From: a virus
Lineage: Duplodnaviria > Caudoviricetes
DNA length: 48,649 bases
Direction: 5' to 3' (one strand)
Virus record (IMG/VR): IMGVR_UViG_3300044911_000889
Span: 1 to 48,649 of that record
How positions within the stretch are numbered: position 1 is the first letter of the stretch; each line of letters opens with the position of its first letter. The notes under the pieces were generated by a model that saw only the letters and a list, made by a program, of their open reading frames with translations, did no database searches and was not told the DNA's origin. Both the position numbers and the translations under genes were made by a program. Below, piece by piece: positions 30,701 through 36,717 of this stretch.

Positions 30701-30893
30701 CCTAAGGCTCCTGGCTACCGATGATTATGTGAAGGACATTGAGAAGGACATGAAGGACTACCGCGAGATGAGGCAGCAGATCATGGCATCCCCAATGTCA
30801 GCAGACACCAAGCGGGATCTGTTGCTCAACATCAACCGGATGGAATCATTGACGACAAAGAACATTCAGTCCATCAAGAAGTTCGCACAGTAA
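21711..30893 (+). CDS. Giant polyvalent virion protein (zincin HExxH, HhH-glycosylase-like, two ART-like, LPD38-like regions)
   Basis: 3060 aa; HESIH at 24393; GWY...GPKLGAFY.N..TMDMW...QAALW; GVHFS..R.YFY..PE; F..WFG.SK.VD.DG.P.V.YHGT; C-terminal MNFNR.G...RDNYW...IP.PFE.G. Confidence 0.85.
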   Translation: MAIDYTKFSDADLRAIAANDVSSLSTEALRLIAGQDAPPAPKPPSTERTFGEAIKDVPASLLTGAGSLLQAPGQLVKLVPGLKRVGEALEVPGEAVQRFGIDLKSTGLKAREALRSQAMSEAEKEGVLSEFATAITSTLKDPALITSFITEQVPMLLGPLGAARLTTKLGMGAVEGAAAGAAREAAAAKLGQRATAAAIGTGTAMQAGDVSGETYTNTLKRALEMGMSQQEAEDAALNAARIAAAGAGAVSLGATLGLSKIGGAAIERRLAGLPGRGRIQSGVGEATSETLDEAGGQLFQNIGIRTVDPSQSLTAGVGGAAAMGALGGGFFGSMLGKRPDADLAPGQRPGETLQETATRLNAQIGALTEQAKEFDADQTRTQAGLMTNTQLIDMYRDKGYGAVKQYQQQLVAQASDPNVPPEQKTAARQAAQQIEDLFKQVDQEETSRRAKAEVSNIITDKDVTINLGIPRKDPLYQQLVNKNLGRPEDAEAVIQALESALSRKGLRQTQYERFNTALSVVNEYLATIPGSGFYARPSVEQPSGTSPVVAGVTGADTATTGGGTSQPSGVVPAKPDAAQPAGRKAEPTTPITEEAVTPQAVEEKVSEEKPAEEVAAPNVQTTAAQEAPAQPVTAPVEVAEAPKPVASNLPKELAGAKPRYSYGNKQFQLQFNSDIDKALYITAQKTPSRRDADYRSWLEAQGFTPDQIAQGGQQVREAIKGVAAKADPATGPINLPAQTKKKTKKSIRAAEPLTEQDVEGLGVRRTAPAFKRIVGKTIEEARDELNKYRSLPDRYVSQETKRKIAEALGEKVAESEAKPEVKEAPKEKTQKDLILEQRAELIKQLDGILKKILAKYNLTGVTLDLDESMADEGSYGAQIIKLALNVDSPVRVLRHESIHALKDMGFFSDAQWKTLVKKAQDEWVDKYLKNREHSATQSRYDAYVELLTNEGKNPTEVQEAIIEEAIADAFGDFDVNGATPGLMAAILKRMKNLFKAIKEAFGVAGIDTAEEIFGKIEKGSLKPEIPMGKEQAPKMSLRGVPMSTRPIMESSPLFAMNELGLKTEGVKKPGGIFLFNDVRSIANALNRDTVNNYGTIDKEDTSANARNLIAKAIADEVAYQVGTTSQTGTGLGWYSNNYPKAVKKLARKYPELGNNEHARSVFSALVAITSNGEKVSLNIKNAINLYDKLRSGEPMIAPGSRRATALDNNLQMVQDLLEKHGTNFKNVLLQEILVKDMNAALRAMGEKPSGDYLANTKVPAAAVYFGPKLGAFYANLEGAEGYLTMDMWWTRSINRMRGLLMPQATESSINKFREIAGNPNMTRDEVIASTIPLRDRYEELAWTTDLEYMVGEKEPSTKDEKPVWTARAKRKAGPAYEQLKLEHDVMKMANTIYKNEYEMLEEAPFGANDREFMYRAVREAQKMLKQDGVDLTLADIQAALWYYEKRLYQHLSGRKADDIGYDEAISAVAGESDRPAGPSVVFDQQPDRGADTGAGVKDTDGVRREPPEAGQVEKKSLRGVVAEVAPNPDIPVAASWRQMTQAERLDATRSVAKKVIDPILSDMGLKGYSFKFSSGKYEGEVNPNILIEAPESATVGELEEVARVVGYILDQKAMVAYDEYNTDSGDQAGFVKVMIPAGMDDKTVTLLRNHISKEVPQADGDTLRDGSLVYGNFSAYNDNVDTLSDEEYHDAIVRAIEDFDYSENIKVSDPLKFHSQLVWPDNRESYLEGTRYGESGTIRGGEGSDVWRQRRSRLEAISEQAIALRDRWIDARGAARIGGRAGDSAAISTKPTAEYGKSIDGSETAVGVHFSQQPRATLDSQFYGAGLRGMERERLEGQPDIRNRIYFYVDTGKGVFPEAGVGGSPHVIRLNNLYNVLKDELDLVKKAKGDTAAERANAWEKAIKNAGFDGYFFPDPLQRQGYAVLIGKHRVETKLSLRSESPEFKFWFGQSKIVDEDGKPKVMYHGTGKDYTVLGTGRRQAKAIFVTDDPEFAQKFAIDTFNRAAEEAAQGVGMSEEAYKSGVARAIAAVKKDYKNLPEGKAMIEGIRKGYADASPEAQEYMRNAFRDALPAGPNILPIYVKAEFPFDYDNKDHVNAIINKLGNTFDSNGWLKERGLSRNIFFGAWELIERPDVQSVIRELGFDSFYVKEGGRKSLAVYSPTQITSATGNVGAYGQRPITAEEAGRFGMTEEQAAEAQGRGDIRFSLRSTLPASAISAMDKIAPPRYNPGFAERMMNAVSGDTFTSIRQKLINRYEALASVDRRVAKMLKQMGGAPQLAGSRAETAALMSDLGAGVLEAAMGVHNGIGGAPIYRNGVTTVSDYNGTVKGLLEIYKPIAAMKDPDAFRMYQTWAAVKRGVRLDAEGREDLITAADIRSINDLRRSNPDLIKTFESVQKDWIAYNNALVKYQVDTGVLSPEMAKEWTKHGDYFPFYRLMEGEDIAGPKVFSSIGNVSRGKKLKGGENPLGDFFENIVRNSQAAIQAGMKNIAAQTATKQAMMLQEVTRLNYKPKSHEQVYRVYENGKEVYYKAHDPLFIEAIKALNMADIPFMGLLAKPAAMLRNLVTKDPAFMLANMMRDSLSAWATSGVKMTPMIDTFKNFGAAIAGKSPELNALYAAGVLGGYDYARGTKQSAEVFETTLRRRSGQMTPFEVGTKPFTSLWEALEKGTQASDAATRMEVYKKTLASTGNELEALSAALEVMNFNRKGNSAIIRILTAAVPFLNARIQGLDILFRTAIMPLGGNATDQARQRMKTFWVRGMTIMALSSMYWLLTHDDEEYKKQEQETRDNYWLIPSLGVKIPIPFEVGVMFKVIPERLMQLSFGTDTTKDFTDSMKRQLVSTFAFNPIPQVVLPLYETKTNHSFFTDRPIIGKGLENVADKYQVGPSTSRVAQMLGDSVNYSPMKIDHLIKGYTGTIGSYASDLFDMMYDMGADAPKASKRFEQMPVIKRFLVDPEARGTVTAYYKLKDDVDQAVRTTNLLERSNNFEEGTKYTLENLRLLATDDYVKDIEKDMKDYREMRQQIMASPMSADTKRDLLLNINRMESLTTKNIQSIKKFAQ
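23311..23484 (+). CDS. Overprinted 57-aa ORF in +1 frame (MLDRLSNNQVEQALSWLASP...EKQSQPLQ)
   Basis: AGGAAG 8 nt upstream; amphipathic-helix-like sequence; host frame is a low-complexity linker here. Confidence 0.55.
   Translation: MLDRLSNNQVEQALSWLASPVLTPPPQEVEHLNQVEWYLLNQMLHSLLAEKQSQPLQ
26080..26247 (+). CDS. Overprinted 55-aa ORF in +1 frame (MTSDMTKQSAPWQERVIDPLDPLWF...LPKQDK)
   Basis: AAGGA 6 nt upstream; spans exactly the linker after the glycosylase-like domain. Confidence 0.45.
   Translation: MTSDMTKQSAPWQERVIDPLDPLWFSISNLTVGQTPEQASKTLMEFVESLPKQDK
26905..27108 (+). CDS. Overprinted 67-aa ORF in +1 frame (MAKVERFVVERGQMFGGKG...)
   Basis: GGAAGGA 7 nt upstream; spans the linker before the first ART-like domain. 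Confidence 0.5.
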   Translation: MAKVERFVVERGQMFGGKGAAVWRPSQNKQSPSGTDGSTPEALLASEVEQAILRLSAQNLPQNTENQ

Positions 30894-31161
30894 GAAGTCT
30901 ATTTTCAAACAATTCACCAATGGTGGCATTAAGAACGGACATTTCTGTTTTTTTCATGACATTCCAGATGTGTCGCCTGCCATGTAAACCATTATGATTT
31001 CCCTGATGACAGTCTTTACAAAGTGGAATACAGGTAAAGTGGCTTCCTTGTTCTATGTGATGGGCATCGCTGGGAGGCGGTGCCCCGCATACTCCGCACG
31101 GCATTGATTTGATAACCCCAAAATATTGAGATTCAGTTTTATTAATGTTTTTGCTTTTCAA
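30874..31161 (-). CDS. Zn-finger HNH-like nuclease (DUF968/Ref-like)
   Basis: PCGVCG...AHHI...CIPLCKDCH.G..G.H motif; 20-bp convergent overlap with the giant gene. Confidence 0.75.
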   Translation of the reverse strand: MKSKNINKTESQYFGVIKSMPCGVCGAPPPSDAHHIEQGSHFTCIPLCKDCHQGNHNGLHGRRHIWNVMKKTEMSVLNATIGELFENRLLTVRTS

Positions 31162-31747
31162 TTTGCTTTATCTTTCCACTCAAAATCCATCTTGCAATTG
31201 TTGATTTTGAAACATTGAGCAATTTTGCTGCTTCTGATGTAATCATTATTTGATTGTTTACAAACACAAAAACATTGGTTGATCTGTTGGCAGCCTGCTC
31301 TTTGGCACTTGCCCAACGTATGTTCCCAGGAAAGTAGCCTTTTTCGTTGTCAATTCTGTCAATACTTAATTGATTATTTAAAGGTTCACCAATGTATTTG
31401 GCAAAATTTTCAAAGACAAGCCACTCTGAAAAAATTCCTATGCCAACCCCGCCATATCTATCGTAATGACTGCTGTTGGGTTTTGTTGTTCTTTCAACAA
31501 TACCTTTCCAAGTCTTCCAAAGTTTTGTTTTTGTTTTTCCGTGACGAAGGTTTAACAACGACATTCTTTCTGAGCAAGTTTTTTTTCTTGTGCATCCACA
31601 GCTTTTGCTGTTACCTTTTTTTAAATTACCGGCAAGGCAAACGGTTTCTCCGCCACAACTACAAAAGCATTTAAATTTTTTTTGTCCATGCCTGTCAACG
31701 CCAGCAAATTCAGAAACAGTCAGAAGACCAAATTTCTCTCCAATCAT
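31142..31747 (-). CDS. HNH-type homing endonuclease
   Basis: G.KFG.LTV..C.C.CG..SCGC, YGG.GI...W..FENF, SIDRIDN.KGY.PGN.RWA; AT-rich. Confidence 0.85.
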   Translation of the reverse strand: MIGEKFGLLTVSEFAGVDRHGQKKFKCFCSCGGETVCLAGNLKKGNSKSCGCTRKKTCSERMSLLNLRHGKTKTKLWKTWKGIVERTTKPNSSHYDRYGGVGIGIFSEWLVFENFAKYIGEPLNNQLSIDRIDNEKGYFPGNIRWASAKEQAANRSTNVFVFVNNQIMITSEAAKLLNVSKSTIARWILSGKIKQIEKQKH

Positions 31748-31862
31748 TTTGTAATCCTTTGTTGATTAGAGTGGAATTATACATCACAGTCCCATTTTGG
31801 GATCCGCAGTGCTGGCAAGGAAAGTTCCTTACCACCTCCAGCAGCTTTTTATTTCTGTACAT
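31710..31862 (-). pseudogene. Truncated N-terminus of a Zn-finger nuclease-like gene (MYRNKKLLEVVRNFPCQHCGSQNGTV) interrupted by the HNH cassette
   Basis: The PCxxCG motif is followed by an abrupt shift to AT-rich, non-coding-like sequence at ~31785. Confidence 0.55.
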
Positions 31863-32058
31863 CTCTGTGTTCCCTGTCCCAGGCCAGGGCCAGGGTTAAA
31901 CGATTGGGGTAGCCCAGCTTCTTTATCAGCCGGGCCAGATACACCTCCACTGTCCTCTCTGTCCATCCTGTCCTCCGTGCCACAAGATCAGTCTCCCCCA
32001 GTTCACACAGAGCATCCAGCAGCTTAGCCTCCGACGGCGTGACGTTAAGTTTTTTCAC
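31849..32058 (-). CDS. Stand-alone LuxR/GerE-type HTH protein
   Basis: TP.E..LL..L...G....VA...G.TERTV..Y...L.KKLG..NR..L. Confidence 0.75.
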   Translation of the reverse strand: MKKLNVTPSEAKLLDALCELGETDLVARRTGWTERTVEVYLARLIKKLGYPNRLTLALAWDREHRDVQK

Positions 32059-32239
32059 TCTTTTCTTTCAGCTTGTCTACTGCGTATGCCATTGCTTGGT
32101 CAAACGTCCAGCGGTTACCCGGCTCAAGCTCGTTGACCGTCGTGTAAATCTTCTGCACAAACTCCCACAGTTGATCCCGTTGGGCCAGCGCACAGGCCGG
32201 ACGCTGGCAGTGGAAGCTGCATGAATGTACGTCGTTCAT
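32045..32239 (-). CDS. Hypothetical protein
   Basis: RBS AAGGAG; HSCS..C.RPAC..AQRD.L motif. Confidence 0.65.
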   Translation of the reverse strand: MNDVHSCSFHCQRPACALAQRDQLWEFVQKIYTTVNELEPGNRWTFDQAMAYAVDKLKEKSEKT

Positions 32240-32379
32240 TTCTTCTCCTTTGCTGGGCAGTCGCGGCCCTGATTACAGTCGTAGTTGCACTCATCGCAAG
32301 CGTCAAAGTTTGCCGTCCTGGCCCACCAGATAGCTCCGACGAACAGGCCGATGGTGATAAGGATTTCAGAAAGGTTCAT
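32236..32379 (-). CDS. 47-aa TM + Cys protein missing from the track (MNLSEILITIGLF...CNYDCNQGRDCPA)
   Basis: ATGA coupling at both ends; CNQGR.CP motif. Confidence 0.6.
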   Translation of the reverse strand: MNLSEILITIGLFVGAIWWARTANFDACDECNYDCNQGRDCPAKEKK

Positions 32380-32600
32380 TTCTCATCCCTCCATGTACCA
32401 TCCTTAAAGATGAACCGTGTAAACAGCAGGTTGCCACCCAGGTCGTAGTGTGCTGCCATGCACGGTAGTTTGTTGAGTGCAGGTGATCGGGACTGAAGAC
32501 CCACGCTACTCTTGTACTCGTGCGGGAAGTAGTACATGGTTGTGTGTGCTTCCTTGGGTGTGTCTGGTGGTATGGTGAAGTCGTACAGATCTCGTTTCAT
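32376..32600 (-). CDS. Hypothetical protein
   Basis: 74 aa, ATGA-coupled in operon. Confidence 0.6.
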   Translation of the reverse strand: MKRDLYDFTIPPDTPKEAHTTMYYFPHEYKSSVGLQSRSPALNKLPCMAAHYDLGGNLLFTRFIFKDGTWRDEK

Positions 32601-32812
32601 TCTTGCCCCCTTTCCCTGATTGCGTCAGCACACTCCATCGCGTTGCCACCGTTGAGCCAATGCTCACAGCATATCTTCACGCATTGCTCACGCTCGGCAT
32701 TGACAGCAGCGCACCAACCCTCCCAGGCCCAGTAAGCCGGGGTGTATATGCGATACGGGTTGTCCTTCAACAAATCGTCCGAATTCCACCAATTGTTAAA
32801 TTCTTCTTTCAT
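32597..32812 (-). CDS. ERE.C.K.C...CA.AIR.RG family small protein
   Basis: C-terminal motif shared with two neighbours. Confidence 0.7.
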   Translation of the reverse strand: MKEEFNNWWNSDDLLKDNPYRIYTPAYWAWEGWCAAVNAEREQCVKICCEHWLNGGNAMECADAIRERGQE

Positions 32813-33021
32813 TCTTGCCCCCTTGCTCTGATGGCCTCAGCGCAGTCCTTGGCTTCGTGGTTGTAAAAGGTTTCACACACTTTCGCACACGCCTCGCGCT
32901 CGGCTTGGATGGCGGCATTTACCAGCCGCAGTACTTCTTGGTCGCAGTCCATTAACCGTTTAAATGCCACAAGGTTTAACTGTTTTTTGTGAAACAGCTC
33001 GTTGTACTCATCCAATGTCAT
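32809..33021 (-). CDS. ERE.C.K.C...CA.AIR.RG family small protein
   Basis: Start MTLDEY overlaps the upstream stop; shared C-terminal motif. Confidence 0.7.
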   Translation of the reverse strand: MTLDEYNELFHKKQLNLVAFKRLMDCDQEVLRLVNAAIQAEREACAKVCETFYNHEAKDCAEAIRARGQE

Positions 33022-33260
33022 GCCTTTCCCCTTGATCTGATGTCCGCAGCAATGTTCTTGCAAGCAGTATGGTGTGCCACGTTTTCTTTTACAGATGCGT
33101 CCAACAGCATTCTGTTTTCTGCCACCCTTGCACACGCCTCGCGCTCGGCAGCGGCGACAAGGGCGGCGAAGCGTTCAAGTTCATCATGCACTAGCAAGTG
33201 ATCCTCAAAAAGGAATCCCAAGCCAGACTCCCGCGCCATGCGGATGATGTCTTCTTTCAT
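33018..33260 (-). CDS. EREACA family small protein
   Basis: MKEDIIRMARE.G...LERFAALVAAAEREACA...IA..IR.RG. Confidence 0.7.
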   Translation of the reverse strand: MKEDIIRMARESGLGFLFEDHLLVHDELERFAALVAAAEREACARVAENRMLLDASVKENVAHHTACKNIAADIRSRGKA

Positions 33261-33358
33261 GACTGCTCCTTGTATTTGCTACACCAAATTACAGTTTTGC
33301 CCTGCGCGATTGCCGTTTTAGCGCAGTTTTTGTGGACACATTTATTGCACAGCATCAT
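33257..33358 (-). CDS. 33-aa Cys-rich peptide missing from the track (MMLCNKCVHKNC...WCSKYK)
   Basis: ATGA coupling at both ends; CxxC..C...C. Confidence 0.5.
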   Translation of the reverse strand: MMLCNKCVHKNCAKTAIAQGKTVIWCSKYKEQS

Positions 33359-33762
33359 GCTTCCCCCTTTGCCGCAGCGATTGCTGCACGAGCTTTGGCC
33401 ATGTCTTCATCGTCTGAACAAGTTCCGTGTTCCACAAAACCTTCCAGCGCCTCCAGCAGTTGCCTGTTGATGCGTTCTTGAAATCTCAAGACTACCCCCG
33501 CATCTAACAAAATGTCCATGTTCTCAGGCGTCCAGATAGCGGCAAGCTGTTTTGCAAGTATGTAGCCGCGTGTCTGCTCCTTTGCTGCATATGTCCTTTC
33601 AAGCAGCAGGTTGTAGGCTTTCTCAACCTCATCCAGGCGGCGCAGTTCGGCGGCTGAGTCTTCGACAAACCAACGGGCAACGTCAATCACACTGTCTTCA
33701 GCGTCAGCCTGTTGAATGGCTCGTGTCAGCGCATCAGCCAGCCGCTGTGCTTCAATAGTCAT
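33355..33762 (-). CDS. Hypothetical protein (A.RLAD.L / AAELRRL / LLEAL..ARAAIA mosaic)
   Basis: RBS AAGGAG; short phage-typical motifs. Confidence 0.7.
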   Translation of the reverse strand: MTIEAQRLADALTRAIQQADAEDSVIDVARWFVEDSAAELRRLDEVEKAYNLLLERTYAAKEQTRGYILAKQLAAIWTPENMDILLDAGVVLRFQERINRQLLEALEGFVEHGTCSDDEDMAKARAAIAAAKGEA

Positions 33763-33988
33763 AGCTCACCCCCTCCTTTAAAGCAATAGCATCAGGGTAG
33801 TGGTGTTTAAACCTACCCCAGTATTCTTCTCTCTCATCTTTAGCCTCACACCACCGCAGAAGGCAGTACCAACAAGATTCTTCTACTCCTCGTTCAAACA
33901 TGAGGATGGCATCAAGCATCGATGCAGTCACCCTGATGTTTGCGTGGTACATACCGAGAAGCTCATCAAGCATTTGTCTGTCAGTCAT
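33752..33988 (-). CDS. Hypothetical protein
   Basis: RBS AGGAG; coupled in operon. Confidence 0.6.
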   Translation of the reverse strand: MTDRQMLDELLGMYHANIRVTASMLDAILMFERGVEESCWYCLLRWCEAKDEREEYWGRFKHHYPDAIALKEGVSYDY

Positions 33989-34200
33989 ACCACCCTCCTG
34001 CTCTCAAGCTGAATCAGCAAGTCAATGTAGTGCTTGGCTTTCTCAAGGTCAGCCATGCCATTCTTCTTGCGCCAGCGGCTGATGTACTTGATGACATTGC
34101 CTTCTAGATACCCCATTGCGTTTGCATGGATGTACTCAACTGGCTGTATTGGCATATCCTTGTAGTGACTGCCATCGACTTGTCTGTCTAGTGGGTTCAT
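33985..34200 (-). CDS. DUF3310 (SaV / T7 gp1.7-like) protein
   Basis: QV.G.HY....IQP.EYI.....Y.EGNVIKY..RW..KNG..DL.KA.HY. Confidence 0.85.
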   Translation of the reverse strand: MNPLDRQVDGSHYKDMPIQPVEYIHANAMGYLEGNVIKYISRWRKKNGMADLEKAKHYIDLLIQLESRRVV

Positions 34201-34409
34201 AGCTGCCCCCTTACCTTTAGCATTTTTTCTGCTTGTTCGTATGCGTGGTAAGCCGTTTCTTCAAAGTCCATGTCTTGACGCCAGTCAGGGTCTGACAGCA
34301 GCCCCTGCATCGCCTTAGCCGCGAAGTAGTCGCGCAGGGTCATGCCTGCTCTGTGCCAGTTGTTTGCCACCAAGGGAAACGCTGGCCCTCCTCCTATATC
34401 TGTACTCAT
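34197..34409 (-). CDS. Conserved phage protein (GGPAFP / GMTLRDYFAAKAMQG)
   Basis: Recognisable motif; RBS GGAGG. Confidence 0.75.
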   Translation of the reverse strand: MSTDIGGGPAFPLVANNWHRAGMTLRDYFAAKAMQGLLSDPDWRQDMDFEETAYHAYEQAEKMLKVRGQL

Positions 34410-34606
34410 TCGATCCTCCAGCATCTAAAAGATTTGTCAGGCATCTGCCTCACTGTAAATTTCATCCCATGTTTCCGGCCAAAGCGCATAGCTGAAACAT
34501 TTACAGCAGGGCGCTTTACATCTGGTGGAACGGCGAAGCTGTCCCCCACCTGCATATCTTTAAACGGAAACTTTGCGGGTATCTTGAAGTTCTTATCGAT
34601 GTTCAT
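34406..34606 (-). CDS. Small DNA-binding-like protein (PF..M.VGDSF...R.WR)
   Basis: Conserved phage motif; RBS GGAGG. Confidence 0.7.
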   Translation of the reverse strand: MNIDKNFKIPAKFPFKDMQVGDSFAVPPDVKRPAVNVSAMRFGRKHGMKFTVRQMPDKSFRCWRIE

Positions 34607-34848
34607 TGCTTCCTCCTCCGGGCCTGAAGAGTCTTCTTGTGTACAGGCATGACGGGCATCTCAACCACCATGTCCTGGGGCAGAGACCCAAGGCCAGTGC
34701 GCTCTGAGTAAGGTGCTGATGGCTCAACACCTGTCCTCCTCTGCTCATTGATGTATCGAGACATCTGGTAAGCACTACGTCTTGCCTTCTCAAGATCAGA
34801 GAAACTAATCGTTGGTTTGTAGTTCTGCCAATCGAATGGGTTGTTCAT
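34603..34848 (-). CDS. Hypothetical protein
   Basis: 81 aa, NPFDW start, coupled. Confidence 0.6.
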   Translation of the reverse strand: MNNPFDWQNYKPTISFSDLEKARRSAYQMSRYINEQRRTGVEPSAPYSERTGLGSLPQDMVVEMPVMPVHKKTLQARRRKQ

Positions 34849-35055
34849 TTAAATCATCCTCGCAATGCACCCTGCCATGAGGTATGCAGCAACAGAAGCA
34901 ATCACTAACCAAACAAGCTTTGGCACTCGTGGCTGTTTAACGCCAAGCAGGGCCGCCTGTAACAGTTCATCGTCCCTGTACATACCCGGCTTGGGTGGCT
35001 GGTAACGGATGCCAATTTGCACCCCAGTCTTAGTGGTGTATGGGGTCATGATCAC
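34849..35055 (-). CDS. Small membrane protein
   Basis: PYTTKTG.QIG..Y..P...LQ.ALL plus C-terminal TM helix. Confidence 0.65.
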   Translation of the reverse strand: MIMTPYTTKTGVQIGIRYQPPKPGMYRDDELLQAALLGVKQPRVPKLVWLVIASVAAYLMAGCIARMI

Positions 35056-35855
35056 TCCGGTACTGGGTAGGTCAACTCAACAGGGCTGTAAAGCTTAGAG
35101 ATTGGCTGATCCTGGCAGAACAGGGTGATGGCCCGCTGTGCGCGTTTAGACGTATCGAGACGTAGCAGCCCGTTCCAGCACTCATTGTTTGAAAGAAGGT
35201 ACTCACGCAGCCTGATGGCAGCGTTTTCTTTGGCGTTGCCAATCTCACCCGAAGACATGATCTGTGCAAAGCGCTGAAGCTTTTCATAAGACTCACCCGC
35301 AGAAATGGCACAGAAATAGTTAGACCCCATTCCAGAGGCTGTGATGTGACGCTTCTTTGTGGTGCTGATCAGCTTCTTTGCATTGATCAAGTTTTCCTCA
35401 TGCCTGAGCGCATAAGCCAAAATCTCAGGGGCAGACATTTGCACATCGATGTTCTTCAGCTTTGTGCAGGCAAACCTAATGATGGCAACAACATTCTTGT
35501 CGATCCATTCAGGGCCACCAGCGATAGCAATCGCATCGAAAGCCTGCCTCGGGACGTTCTGGTCAATAGCCTGACTGGTGGTCTTTGGAAGCCCCTTGGT
35601 GATCATGAACCGTACAGGCTTGTCTGCAATAACCACTGCCATCAGTCGATGCTGGCCGTCGGCAATGGTGCCGTCATCATAGAAAGCAATACCCTGGTGA
35701 GTGAGGTTCCAATGACCATTAGTCATGTCACGGGCAAACCTCTTTGCTTGCTCCATCCTCATCTTGCGGTTGTTCTGGTTGTTCCTCTCCAGCCAAGTAT
35801 TTGCTTGCTTGGGGGTGATTGTCACTATCTCAGTGCTTAGCTTGTTCATTTTCAA
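35052..35855 (-). CDS. ParB/Srx-like N-terminal domain protein
   Basis: ITP..A..WL..N..NR...ARDM..G.W....GIAF...G...DGQHRL.A. Confidence 0.75.
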   Translation of the reverse strand: MKMNKLSTEIVTITPKQANTWLERNNQNNRKMRMEQAKRFARDMTNGHWNLTHQGIAFYDDGTIADGQHRLMAVVIADKPVRFMITKGLPKTTSQAIDQNVPRQAFDAIAIAGGPEWIDKNVVAIIRFACTKLKNIDVQMSAPEILAYALRHEENLINAKKLISTTKKRHITASGMGSNYFCAISAGESYEKLQRFAQIMSSGEIGNAKENAAIRLREYLLSNNECWNGLLRLDTSKRAQRAITLFCQDQPISKLYSPVELTYPVPE

Positions 35856-36058
35856 TCCTTGTTAAAACGTGCGTTTTTCTCTCCGATCCAGAACCCATCA
35901 GGCTTCTTGGACATACCCAGTTCAATCATCTCTTCTACGGTGCGGCAGCGTCGGTCTTTGCCAAACTCGCCAACCCTGTGCTTGTTAAATGCAAAGGTAG
36001 AGTTGAAGTACTCCTTGCAGGTGGGGCACTGGTTACGGTCACCCTTTAAGACTTTCAC
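35852..36058 (-). CDS. FDXHR-type zinc-binding protein
   Basis: CPTC.EYFNS..AF.KHR.G....RRC; probable GTG start with GGAGG. Confidence 0.7.
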   Translation of the reverse strand: MKVLKGDRNQCPTCKEYFNSTFAFNKHRVGEFGKDRRCRTVEEMIELGMSKKPDGFWIGEKNARFNKD

Positions 36059-36353
36059 TTTCTTCCTCCATGTTGGCTGTTGATATTTCCTCGTTGATAA
36101 GTTCTGCAAATGATTTGCCCGAAGGGAACCTCATCTGCGAAGCGGTGTTGGCCGACACAATGCTGATTGCTTTGTTTAAACCATCATTGAAGCCGTTTAC
36201 ATAGGGGTTGCCGGAAGCCACCCTCATGTTGATTGCCTCACGAACCAATTGGCTCATGGGTATCTTTGTCTTCTTTGACAGCTTAGCCATTGCAGTGTGC
36301 TGAGACTCATCGATGTAGGCCATGAATGGCTTCAGCTTCTTAGAATGGTTCAC
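36039..36353 (-). CDS. Ribbon-helix-helix-like DNA-binding protein
   Basis: FMAYID......L.....IPMSQLVREAI; RBS AAGGAG. Confidence 0.65.
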   Translation of the reverse strand: MNHSKKLKPFMAYIDESQHTAMAKLSKKTKIPMSQLVREAINMRVASGNPYVNGFNDGLNKAISIVSANTASQMRFPSGKSFAELINEEISTANMEEESESLKG

Positions 36354-36717
36354 GTTCAAACTCCTTTACAAGATCATCAAATTTTTGTTGTGCTTCAAGG
36401 TTGCCATTGAGTTCTGATCTTGATTCAATGCCACAGGCTTGGCATAGTTTTCTGGCTGCCATTTCTTCTGAGATGGCACCCATGTGGTCCATGAACGCTG
36501 GTGCTTTACACAGGATTGCTGCCTTCTGCACCCTGTTTACATAGGTGACCGGGCTTTCATCATCCTGTATCCGCACCAGGGCGCAGGCATATCTGGCCCC
36601 GACAAAATCCCGGAGCAGTTCCTCTGGGATCTCATCGGGATGAAGGGACAGGGTCAGGACGTACCCGTTCCTGTCTTGCTTCATTGCAATCTTCTTGGCT
36701 TCAAATTGCAGCGCCAT
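36340..36717 (-). CDS. Conserved phage protein
   Basis: QFEA.K.AMKQD..GYVLTL..HPD.IPEE..RDFVGARY; C-terminal CGI.SR.EL. Confidence 0.7.
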   Translation of the reverse strand: MALQFEAKKIAMKQDRNGYVLTLSLHPDEIPEELLRDFVGARYACALVRIQDDESPVTYVNRVQKAAILCKAPAFMDHMGAISEEMAARKLCQACGIESRSELNGNLEAQQKFDDLVKEFEREPF

